A stretch of 64,000 nucleotides of DNA from a virus: positions 1 through 64,000 of the IMG/VR virus record IMGVR_UViG_3300043775_002158; one strand, given 5' to 3'. Below are positions 40,620 through 48,669 of the stretch, in pieces (positions within the stretch are counted from its first letter, which is position 1; every line of letters begins with the position of its first letter). The notes under the pieces are model-generated. The model saw nothing but the letters and a program-made list of their open reading frames with translations, had not been told where the DNA came from and did not search any database. Made by a program: the position numbers and the translations under genes.

Positions 40620-41677
40620 TGGCACAAAATTTAGATAAATATAGAAGACAACTTTATAAAGTTGTTCGTGAAAATGTCCCCAATTTTACACAAGAGGATT
40701 TCAATTCACAATTTATAGATAAAGAAACATTTGAATCTTTTGTAAGTAAACTTGAACAAAACAAAAAGAAAAAAGAAAAAGGGAAAACGTGGAATAAGAT
40801 CGGTTTTTCTAGTTTGGGTACATACTATAGAACTTATGCGTGTGATATGCCGTGGGCCAAAGACCTAAGTTATTGTGGGGGTAACGGTGAATCCAATGTT
40901 AATTTAGATGACAATACATTAAAATCACTAATGGGGAATTACGTTTCCGATCCAAAGACAAACGGAGAATTTAAAATATTCGATTCTACATCATATAATA
41001 ATGTTGATGATCCGATTAAATTAGGTATATCCTCATATAGTTTTTCTTTTATCTCAGGTACGTTAGATAATCCAAGATATGAGGGTCAAAACTTAACATT
41101 TGACATCTCAATAAATACTTCAAGAGAAGATATAACAAGTAGAATTAAATCGTTAGTTCCTGATTTAAATTTAACAAATTTTAAATCTAAAATTATATTT
41201 GATAAAGATAGAAAAAGTTTTAGTTATAATTTTTTAGATAAAATTAAAGGTAAGGCAATAAAAACCAAAGAGAACACAACAAGTAAAACAGACACAACAA
41301 GTAAAACAGATACGACGAATAAATCTGATGACGAGAAACCATATAAACCACATCAAACAACAATTTATTCAACAACAACAGATTATGATAAAATAGATGA
41401 ACCTAATTTGACCGTGAAAAATTGTAATAGTTTTCCATTCGCGTTAGGATGTAAAAATTCATTAATTGGAGACCTTAATGAAAAGTTTTTTGGTAAACGT
41501 AGAAAAGATACATATACAAAACTTTTACAAAATTATTTAGACGACGATGCATACTTTAGTGTTGATAATGAAGAAAAAATGATTACAAAAGAAATTTGGG
41601 ATCAAATAATGAAATCTAAAATTGTAAAAGAAACGGTAAAAAAAGTTTTAAAAGAATACATTAATAAGAAAAAATAA
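40619..41677 (+). CDS. hypothetical protein with C-terminal leader-like tail
   Basis: Ends IVKETVKKVLKEYINKKK; TTSKTD repeats. Confidence 0.7.
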   Translation: MAQNLDKYRRQLYKVVRENVPNFTQEDFNSQFIDKETFESFVSKLEQNKKKKEKGKTWNKIGFSSLGTYYRTYACDMPWAKDLSYCGGNGESNVNLDDNTLKSLMGNYVSDPKTNGEFKIFDSTSYNNVDDPIKLGISSYSFSFISGTLDNPRYEGQNLTFDISINTSREDITSRIKSLVPDLNLTNFKSKIIFDKDRKSFSYNFLDKIKGKAIKTKENTTSKTDTTSKTDTTNKSDDEKPYKPHQTTIYSTTTDYDKIDEPNLTVKNCNSFPFALGCKNSLIGDLNEKFFGKRRKDTYTKLLQNYLDDDAYFSVDNEEKMITKEIWDQIMKSKIVKETVKKVLKEYINKKK

Positions 41678-41689
41678 CATATTTATATT

Positions 41690-41787
41690 CAGAGTTTGGC
41701 GGTTTGGTCGCCGTTAAATGATAACTCTGTAAACGAAAAGGAGGTATTCTAAATCTCGACAAAGGGTCTTCGGACCTTTTGTTGTTT
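41690..41787 (+). ncRNA. putative small RNA (~100 nt)
   Basis: Begins right after TATTTATA (41680-41687); stem AGAGTT...AACTCT enclosing GGCG/CGCC; AAAAGGAGGT; terminator GACAAAGGGTC-TTCG-GACCTTTTGTT; no start codon. Confidence 0.5.
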
Positions 41788-41793
41788 TATAGA

Positions 41794-41817
41794 AAAACCC
41801 ATCTAAATGATGGGTTT
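41794..41817 (-). terminator. terminator downstream of tmRNA
   Basis: AAAACCCATC-TAAAT-GATGGGTTTT. Confidence 0.7.
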
Positions 41818-41851
41818 TATCTTAGGTCGAAAACTCAAAAAAGTCGAAGTG

Positions 41852-42247
41852 TGGAGACGAAGGGAGTCGAACCCTTGTCTTTCCTGTTCAACAATAAATG
41901 ACTACACGTTTATTCAATTGGTTCTCAATTGACAAATAGAAGGTTAATTACAGGAAACCAACAATACTGTCCCTAACCGGATTTTCATGAGCCGTCAAGT
42001 TTGCTCCAACACTCTTGGGTGGTGTTACACCGTAAGGACTTCTGTTCCAAGGTTATATGTCCGTCGACCCGTGCGTAGAGGCTAATCTAATTAGGCTGCT
42101 ACTTTAGAAGTTGCAAGTAAACCTGCAATTTCCATTGTGTTGTAAACGTTGTCGTTTAATTTTCTTCACCGTGGATTAAAGTCATAGATGAATTCTGACT
42201 ACGTGCCATTTACCCCTGATACCTGAAATCAAATCCAAGGCGTCCCC
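41852..42247 (-). ncRNA. ssrA: tmRNA
   Basis: 5' GGGGACG pairs with 3' CGTCTCC-A including G3:U; T-arm AAGGG-TTCGACT-CCCTT; tag frame 42153-42091 DNVYNTMEIAGLLATSKVAA*; TATATTTG promoter at 42261-42268. Confidence 0.93.
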
Positions 42248-42326
42248 AGTAAATACAATACAAATATAGACAAAAAAGGGTTAAAAAACTAATTTTAACC
42301 CTAATAATCTATTGAAAAGAAAAAAA

Positions 42327-42536
42327 CTACTTTGCTTTAGTTTTTTTAACTTTCGGAGCTTTTGCTTCTTTAGGTGCTTTTGGTTTTTTAACCTTAGCTT
42401 TAACTTCCGCAACAACTTCTTTAACAACTTCAATTTCATGTTTTACCTCAACTTGAAGTTCTTCCATTGCTACAGTTTTTTCCGCTACAGAACCACTACC
42501 TAAAAGTTTTTTAATTAAATCAATAATTTTTTTCAT
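42327..42536 (-). CDS. small protein with Lys/Ala/Pro-rich basic tail
   Basis: KAKVKKPKAPKEAKAPKVKKTKAK; TATTTATA upstream. Confidence 0.7.
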   Translation of the reverse strand: MKKIIDLIKKLLGSGSVAEKTVAMEELQVEVKHEIEVVKEVVAEVKAKVKKPKAPKEAKAPKVKKTKAK

Positions 42537-42567
42537 AAAATAACATTTTATATAAATATATGGAAAA

Positions 42568-43260
42568 TTAAGAAATTACTAAAGGGAGATTTTTATCAAA
42601 TAACGCCTCAAAAAATAGTTTATTCTTTTCCCATTGTTTATTGGTCATACCTACCGATTTATGTGTGACCCCAAATTTGGTAGTTAGACCAATCTTAACC
42701 CCTTCTAATTGATTTTCAACACAGAACGAAATATCATAAAAATGGAACCCTTCAAACTGTTCATTAAATTCTTTCTTTAGGAGACTTTTACGGACTATAA
42801 AGAATAAACCGTCCACAATTACAACATCCTTAAGAACATCGTTAAAAACACCCTTAGAATAGTGATTAACGTGTCTTTTACCCTCATGGATATGACCAAC
42901 CACTCCAAACATATTTTCACGGTTTTGCCACCACATTCCACTTGTTAATTTATCTGTTCCAGCAATACCAATAATTCCGTATTCAGGATGTTTCTCAAAT
43001 AACTTAACAATCTTAGGTGTCATATTGGGTGTCTCCAAAATAAGATCATCGTGCATGAAAACAACGATATCATTAACACTTTCTTTTAACCCTTTGTTAT
43101 AGACTTGGGTTAATGACATTTGACCGTCATTTTCATACATCAATATTTCTGTATTCGGATGAGAAAACATTCTTTTCACATGATCGTAATATGTGGGATC
43201 AATCTTTCTCGTGGATATTACAACACTTACCATTTCATTATTCTTCGACATATATTGCAT
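42568..43260 (-). CDS. GT-A glycosyltransferase-like protein
   Basis: SLTQVYNKG, VFMHDD, GIIGIAG, VDGLF, FHFYDISFC. Confidence 0.8.
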   Translation of the reverse strand: MQYMSKNNEMVSVVISTRKIDPTYYDHVKRMFSHPNTEILMYENDGQMSLTQVYNKGLKESVNDIVVFMHDDLILETPNMTPKIVKLFEKHPEYGIIGIAGTDKLTSGMWWQNRENMFGVVGHIHEGKRHVNHYSKGVFNDVLKDVVIVDGLFFIVRKSLLKKEFNEQFEGFHFYDISFCVENQLEGVKIGLTTKFGVTHKSVGMTNKQWEKNKLFFEALFDKNLPLVIS

Positions 43261-43987
43261 TTATTTTTCCGTTAATTTCAACTAAGTCAATAACGATTGG
43301 TTTATTTGTTGGTTCATATCCTGTAGTACAAATTGCGGCATTTACAAATAAAGTTTTATTCCCATATTGAACACCATAACCTTCGTGAATGTGACCAAAC
43401 ACATTTACCAATGGATTTATTTCACCAATTCTATTTATTAAACATTCACATCCAACGTGAGTATTTGGTTGTCTCCAATTATTAACTAAATCACCGTATC
43501 CATTTGGTGGGGTGTGTGTAATTAATACATCGGTATCCTCAGGAATCCTATTCCATTTTTCCTGTAATTCAGTTCCTAATCTTGGTAAGTTAAATGCCCA
43601 ATCATAGAACCAAGGTTGCCAAGGACTACCATAAAATTTAATAGGTCTTGAGAACTCAGGTGTTTCAATAGTAAAAGAACTATCCTCCAAATAAGTTATA
43701 TCTGATTGTGATAAATTTTCAGGAGACATTAGAGGACTTAACCAATCATACATATTTTTATAAGAAGGTTTATTGATCCTTTCAAAACAATAATCATGAT
43801 TGCCGGATATGAATATTTTTTGATTCCATCCACCTAAGTTTTGAAACCATTTTATAAAATCTTTAACATCTTTTTCACCACCTTTATTTGATAAATCTCC
43901 AGCATGAATTAGTATATCACCCTTTGGTAAGGGATGTTCCATATCATGATGAAGGCTGTGGGTATCAGATATACATACTAATCTCAT
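43238..43987 (-). CDS. calcineurin-like metallophosphoesterase
   Basis: ISDTH, HAGD, GNHD, LITHTPP, FGHIHE; TATATTTG promoter at 43992-43999. Confidence 0.9.
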   Translation of the reverse strand: MRLVCISDTHSLHHDMEHPLPKGDILIHAGDLSNKGGEKDVKDFIKWFQNLGGWNQKIFISGNHDYCFERINKPSYKNMYDWLSPLMSPENLSQSDITYLEDSSFTIETPEFSRPIKFYGSPWQPWFYDWAFNLPRLGTELQEKWNRIPEDTDVLITHTPPNGYGDLVNNWRQPNTHVGCECLINRIGEINPLVNVFGHIHEGYGVQYGNKTLFVNAAICTTGYEPTNKPIVIDLVEINGKINAIYVEE

Positions 43988-44022
43988 AAAACAAATATAC
44001 TAATTATTTTCGAATATACATA

Positions 44023-44048
44023 AAAAAAGTCAGAATTTCTTCTGACTT
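44023..44048 (-). terminator. terminator of the large ncRNA
   Basis: AGTCAGAA-TTTC-TTCTGACT with A-run on + strand. Confidence 0.75.
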
Positions 44049-44059
44049 AATTTTGTATA

Positions 44060-44927
44060 GGCCGTATGGTTTTACATACATTCACCACCACTTTGTTTTT
44101 CTAAACAAAGAAAATAAAACTCTGAGAATACAAGTTTTAACAATCGACTTAGGAACATTATTTGTTTCTTTCCCTTTCCACAACCTTTTGAGTTGTACCG
44201 ATCAATGACGGTCAATTAGATTAACCAATCCTAAAGTCATCAGATACTCTTTTATTACTTATTACTCAACAAATCTGCCGACCTGTTTCAACCTTGCGGG
44301 TTTAGAGAACTTTCTTAAAAATCATATTGGGATTGAGTCCCTTTATGGCCGTGAACCCCTCACGACTAAGTAGTCACCTGTCTCCAATGACTGACGAACA
44401 CTTTTTCTTTTTATGTATGATTTTTATACCAAAATAAAAATTTAGTTTTCCGAATTGAGAAAGTAGTGGTTCGTCACCTAGCCAAGTTATCTTTTGAACA
44501 ACTCGATACTAAACTACTCTCTGAAGTGTCCCCACCTCCATATTTTTGGTTTCCTTCGAGATTAAACCCTTGGTAGGATTTATTCAAGGACACTAACAGC
44601 ACCACCTGTTTTTTGTCATACCTTCCATCTTACGATGCTACGGTTTTAAGACCACCATTGTATTGAATTACGCAATAATAAAGTCGGATAACTATACTTC
44701 TTACATTAATTCTATGGATTATTCTTATTGATGTTCCCATCTCAACCAAACAACTCGGATTGCTTGGTCATCCAACCCTTTCGCTACGGAGTTACCCTCA
44801 CTACTTCAGGTTAAATGATATTCCACTTGTCTACTCGAGATCTCTTTCGAAATCCGCAACTTACCCCAACCAAGGGTTTGTCACTTTATCCCACTTTCGT
44901 GGTTTATTTTATTGACTATAGACGGCC
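44060..44927 (-). ncRNA. large structured ncRNA (~870 nt), probably GOLLD-class
   Basis: No credible ORF; higher GC; ends pair (5' GGCCGT / ACGGCC 3'); GNRA hairpins (CCAC-GAAA-GTGG, CC-GCAA-GG); own promoter (44979-44986), leader and terminator; size and tRNA-proximal phage context fit GOLLD. Confidence 0.7.
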
Positions 44928-45026
44928 AATATTTTTATTCAAAGAACATTATCTTTTGGGTTATTCACCCTTCTTTTACAAAGATAAGAAATGTTTTCTA
45001 ATATTCAAAATATTTTTCAAAGTTTT

Positions 45027-45542
45027 TTATATTAATTTATTTCTTTTCCCGTTATTTCTTTCTCCAAAAAATACACTTGTTTGAGTTAATTTTTTATGTT
45101 CAGTTCTTAAAAAATCTAAACAATAGTAATTAAGTCGTAAAAATTCATATGAATCTTTGTTCCAATCGCCATTATCAAAAACAATAATTGATTCTTTTTT
45201 TTTATTTTTATGTATAAACTTAACAAACTCAAATCTTGGTAAAAAACGAGGGTCATTATCAACTAAAAAAACATCGGAAATTTTTACCAAATGTAAGAAA
45301 ACTTTATCATTTATAATATTCACATCCATTAAATTAAGATTAACGTTTGTAATATTATTTTCTTTTATTTTATCTAATATTTTATCATACCATATAATAT
45401 CGTTTTCAAATGAATTAACAATATTAAAATGATTTGAAAAAAATAATGTAGAAAATCCTGAACCTATTTCCAATATTGTTTTATTGATAAAATCTTGTTC
45501 ATTTGTCCATTTAATAAAACCCTCGGAAAGTGCTGGTAACAT
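45027..45542 (-). CDS. class I SAM-dependent methyltransferase-like protein
   Basis: ILEIGSGFSTLFF, SFEND..W, IVFDN. Confidence 0.75.
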   Translation of the reverse strand: MLPALSEGFIKWTNEQDFINKTILEIGSGFSTLFFSNHFNIVNSFENDIIWYDKILDKIKENNITNVNLNLMDVNIINDKVFLHLVKISDVFLVDNDPRFLPRFEFVKFIHKNKKKESIIVFDNGDWNKDSYEFLRLNYYCLDFLRTEHKKLTQTSVFFGERNNGKRNKLI

Positions 45543-45748
45543 TATTTTGAAACTTTTTTAGATTTTTTAATCTCATATGACCCACCTTGATCATGACCAA
45601 CCTCAACATTCTCTTTTGGTGATTCAGTCACAACACCTTTCCATTCTGTTTTAGTGGTATATTTCCAAGTATTACCCGCCATTTGATTGGCTTGAATATC
45701 GGATACTCTAATGACGTTTCCTGTTTTAGTATTTTTTAAACACTTCAT
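45542..45748 (-). CDS. hypothetical protein
   Basis: 68 aa ORF coupled to next start. Confidence 0.65.
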   Translation of the reverse strand: MKCLKNTKTGNVIRVSDIQANQMAGNTWKYTTKTEWKGVVTESPKENVEVGHDQGGSYEIKKSKKVSK

Positions 45749-45915
45749 ATTTTCTATTTTTAATAATATAAGAATTTTTTTTTAAAAAACAAAATAATCA
45801 ATAGGAACAGTTCCTTCACTTCTGTCTTGTAACTCCGTACCACTCAGCACTATTGATATTTGATGGATGAAAAACATCTATTCTTCTTGCGGACTTCCAT
45901 CGGAGTCCCATATCT

Positions 45916-47118
45916 TTATTTAATCTCACTAATTGGTAATTCACCATTCTTCACAAAAAGATCTTTCATATGATCAACCGAACATGTATTAAAACAATAA
46001 ACCATTTTATCCTCATCTTTTTTAGCATTTTCCCATCTACTTGCAAAAACCACTTCCAAATAATCACTATCTAAAATTTCTTGTAAAGAATAATTGTTTA
46101 AATTGATTTTATCTCTACCATAGTTATTTATTTCATTTCTGATTTGTAAAGTTTCATTATTTTGGAAATCACTATTGTGCATAGTACCAACAAAACAACA
46201 CGGCATAACGTTTCCTTTACAATCAACATATATCTCCATACCAGCTTGATGACAGGATTTACAATTTACTGCCTTACCTTTAAATCTTTCAGGAAATTCC
46301 AAATTCTTTAAATTATTATTTATTACATCGTCCCATTTTTTATCAATTGATTCTTTAGTTGGTTTATCATTTGGTAACCAAATTTTATCTTCACTGATTT
46401 CAAATTTTTTAACTGATTTGTTTAATCTAAATTGTTCAGTTGCAGGTTCTATTCTATAAATAAAATTTCCTTCTTCATCGTAAACCATTAAATCTTGATA
46501 AACATCTGGTACGTGTGTTTCAAACCCAAAAGGTCTTTTTGGTGAAAAGGTAACACCAATTTCTTGTGCTAATTTTTCAGCCTCACCCAATTGATGTTCA
46601 TTATGTTTGAAAATTAAAAAGTCCCATATTCCCATACCTCCTGATTTGACATATGATTTCATATTTTTCATCACACTATCCCATTTTACATTTCTTCTAT
46701 AAATGTGATTAGTGTCTTCTAATCCGTCTACAGAAAAAACTACATATCTACTATTAGTACAAGGTATTGAAAGTAGTTTACCCATTTTCGCCCAAAACTT
46801 TACATCCCTAATTGATCCGTTAGTGTTTATTTGAATTTTAGCATTTGAATTTTTTACAACATATTCTAAAATTTCATAAGCGTCTTTTGCCATCATCGGA
46901 TCTCCGTTTGTACCACAGAATATCCAACTTTTACTTTTTTGAACAAAGTCTAATGGGAACCAATTTTTAAAACTTTCTAAAGAAACACTACCTAAATCTA
47001 ATTCAGGGTTTACCTTCAAAGAATGATTAATATATCTCGGACAAAGTGGACAAGCAGCATTACAACGATTAGATAATTCAACATGAACTAAATAAGTATT
47101 TTCATAATTCCATGTCAT
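45916..47118 (-). CDS. radical SAM protein with SPASM/twitch domain
   Basis: CNAACPLC, GTNGDP, TNGS, FSVDGL, YVDCKGNVMPCC, C..C near C-terminus. Confidence 0.9.
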   Translation of the reverse strand: MTWNYENTYLVHVELSNRCNAACPLCPRYINHSLKVNPELDLGSVSLESFKNWFPLDFVQKSKSWIFCGTNGDPMMAKDAYEILEYVVKNSNAKIQINTNGSIRDVKFWAKMGKLLSIPCTNSRYVVFSVDGLEDTNHIYRRNVKWDSVMKNMKSYVKSGGMGIWDFLIFKHNEHQLGEAEKLAQEIGVTFSPKRPFGFETHVPDVYQDLMVYDEEGNFIYRIEPATEQFRLNKSVKKFEISEDKIWLPNDKPTKESIDKKWDDVINNNLKNLEFPERFKGKAVNCKSCHQAGMEIYVDCKGNVMPCCFVGTMHNSDFQNNETLQIRNEINNYGRDKINLNNYSLQEILDSDYLEVVFASRWENAKKDEDKMVYCFNTCSVDHMKDLFVKNGELPISEIK

Positions 47119-47120
47119 AA

Positions 47121-47393
47121 TTAATATATTACATTTTTATCTTCTTCCGTTAATAAATTTGGACCGAGATCAAAATTACTTTGTCTTCTTCTTGCCTCTT
47201 CAGCCTCTCTATACCAACGAATCCATGTTAACGATACGTCAATCGGTGCTAATACCCAAGCCATCATTATTACCATAATAGTATCTAACTCAGGTGAACC
47301 TCCTGTTGGGTCGTTAGAATACCTTTTGTCCAAATTTTTAAACAACTGATATAAACAATAAATAACACAAATAACATAATAACCTACAAACAT
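47121..47393 (-). CDS. small membrane protein
   Basis: Start moved to ATG 47393 (MFVGYY) because the longer ORF overlaps tRNA-Glu; two hydrophobic segments. Confidence 0.65.
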   Translation of the reverse strand: MFVGYYVICVIYCLYQLFKNLDKRYSNDPTGGSPELDTIMVIMMAWVLAPIDVSLTWIRWYREAEEARRRQSNFDLGPNLLTEEDKNVIY

Positions 47394-47407
47394 AATTTTA
47401 AATTTAG

Positions 47408-47479
47408 TATTCCCGACGGGATTCGAACCCGTATTACCTCCGTGAAAGGGAGGTGACCTAACCATTAGTCGACAAGAAC
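47408..47479 (-). tRNA. tRNA-Glu (TTC)
   Basis: Cloverleaf; anticodon arm CCTCC-CTTTCAC-GGAGG; T-arm ACGGG-TTCGAAT-CCCGT; CCA not encoded. Confidence 0.92.
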
Positions 47480-47596
47480 AGATCCCGTTTTTTTTCTACA
47501 TTTAGCCCAAACACCAGTAGATCAGTATTTTGGGTTTTGACGCGAGAAGTCTACAAGGTTTCCCCATTAGACCGTTACCACGGGCAAACTCTACAG

Positions 47597-47684
47597 CGGA
47601 GAGAGTAGGATTCGAACCCACGGGCCAGTTTCCCGGCCTCCTGATTTCAAGTCAGGTGCAATAGACCAACTCTACCATCTCTCC
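47597..47684 (-). tRNA. tRNA-Ser (TGA)
   Basis: GGAGAGA/TCTCTCC acceptor, CCTGA-CTTGAAA-TCAGG, long variable arm, discriminator G. Confidence 0.95.
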
Positions 47685-47878
47685 GTTGACACCTTTATTT
47701 ATCCAACTCACAGGTGTCTTAGCTGTCCCCTTTCGGGTTAGGAATAATCATTTCGTCCTCACGAGGTCGGGGTGATGTCCCCTGACGTTCTTCCTATACG
47801 TCAATGTACGTTTCCATATGGTTGTCAAACCATTTCTCATCATATTGGACATACTATTCGGTGACTAACCGAATCGTG

Positions 47879-47952
47879 CGGAATGTACGGGACTCGAACC
47901 CGTGGGCTTCTCCGTGACAGGGAGACATGATAACCAACTTCACTAACACTCC
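47879..47952 (-). tRNA. tRNA-Asp (GTC)
   Basis: GGAGTGT/ACATTCC, TCTCC-CTGTCAC-GGAGA, TTCGAGT loop. Confidence 0.95.
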
Positions 47953-47958
47953 GTTTTG

Positions 47959-48034
47959 TGGGTGAGTTTGGATTCGAACCAAAGACCTAAAGTTTATGAG
48001 ACTTTTGCTCTAAAACCAGCTGAGCTACACACCC
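47959..48034 (-). tRNA. tRNA with CAT anticodon (Ile2 more likely than elongator Met)
   Basis: GGGTGTG/CTCACCC acceptor, AAAGT-CTCATAA-ACTTT; not initiator-like. Confidence 0.88.
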
Positions 48035-48126
48035 TATTAGTCTTTTCCTTACCTCTTAATAACCACATTGCCATCCCGGTGTTACTGCCGGGTGCTTACC
48101 ACTTGCGTGGAGTGATTATCACGTTG

Positions 48127-48199
48127 CGCTCCCTGAGGGTCACGATCCCCCGACTTCAAAATTAACAGTTTTGCGCTCTACCAACTGAGCTAAGGAAGC
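48127..48199 (-). tRNA. tRNA-Asn (GTT)
   Basis: GCTTCCT/AGGGAGC, CAAAA-CTGTTAA-TTTTG; atypical T-loop ATCGTGA. Confidence 0.88.
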
Positions 48200-48461
48200 G
48201 TGTTTGATTCCAACCCAACTTAAGTTGCACCATCCGTGTCATGCACTGGTTAACAAAGTCCTCGTTGAGTTAGTTTCAAAAAGTTACAGGTTTTTCGTAC
48301 CATCTATGTACATCATAACAGACATAGTCTGTGGTTACTTTTCGCTTAATGGTTAATTACTCCAACTTATAGTAACTCTACTCTCACCGTTCTACATCTA
48401 GATTCAAACGGATAGTTGAGATTCATAGACAGTGGGGTCACACCACCGTCGTCACCTGTTG

Positions 48462-48534
48462 AGCCCAAACTCAGACTCGAACTGAGGACCTAATCATTAC
48501 AAATGACTTGCTCTACCAACTGAGCTATCCGGGC
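48462..48534 (-). tRNA. tRNA-Thr (TGT)
   Basis: GCCCGGA/TTTGGGC, AGTCA-TTTGTAA-TGATT, CTCAG-TTCGAGT-CTGAG. Confidence 0.95.
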
Positions 48535-48552
48535 TTATTTTCTACCATTTTA

Positions 48553-48582
48553 TGTCAAAGAACCACTTATTTTACAAAGGTA
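48553..48582 (-). promoter_or_regulatory. promoter (-7 TACCTTTG) and boxA-like leader GTTCTTTGACA of tRNA operon
   Basis: TAnnTTTG at 48575-48582; GTTCTTTGA also in the large-ncRNA leader (44939-44947). Confidence 0.65.
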
Positions 48583-48669
48583 ATAAATATATATGAATAT
48601 ACAAAATTATCTTAAAAATATTTTATAATCAATTATGAATCAATGTGATAAGAACTGATATTTATCAAT

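Noticed and set aside
44060-44927. rRNA fragment, RNase P RNA or group I/II intron
   Set aside because: No rRNA or RNase P signature sequences recognised, no interrupted host gene, no group II ends or domain V; it has its own promoter and terminator
44815-45084. 89-aa + strand ORF
   Set aside because: Antisense to the large ncRNA and its promoter; composition looks like shadow translation
47745-47850. Hammerhead ribozyme (GTGAGGACGAAA; ATGATGAG...GAAAC on minus strand)
   Set aside because: The CUGANGA core is not present in the right position relative to stem II and GAAA
47482-48122. Theta/HDV-like ribozymes at tRNA 3' ends
   Set aside because: L3-like and J4/2-like fragments exist, but P1, P1.1 and P2 cannot all be formed; kept only as unknown structured RNAs
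47394-48165. ORF extension 47394-47465 and ORF 47956-48165
   Set aside because: Both overlap well-formed tRNA genes
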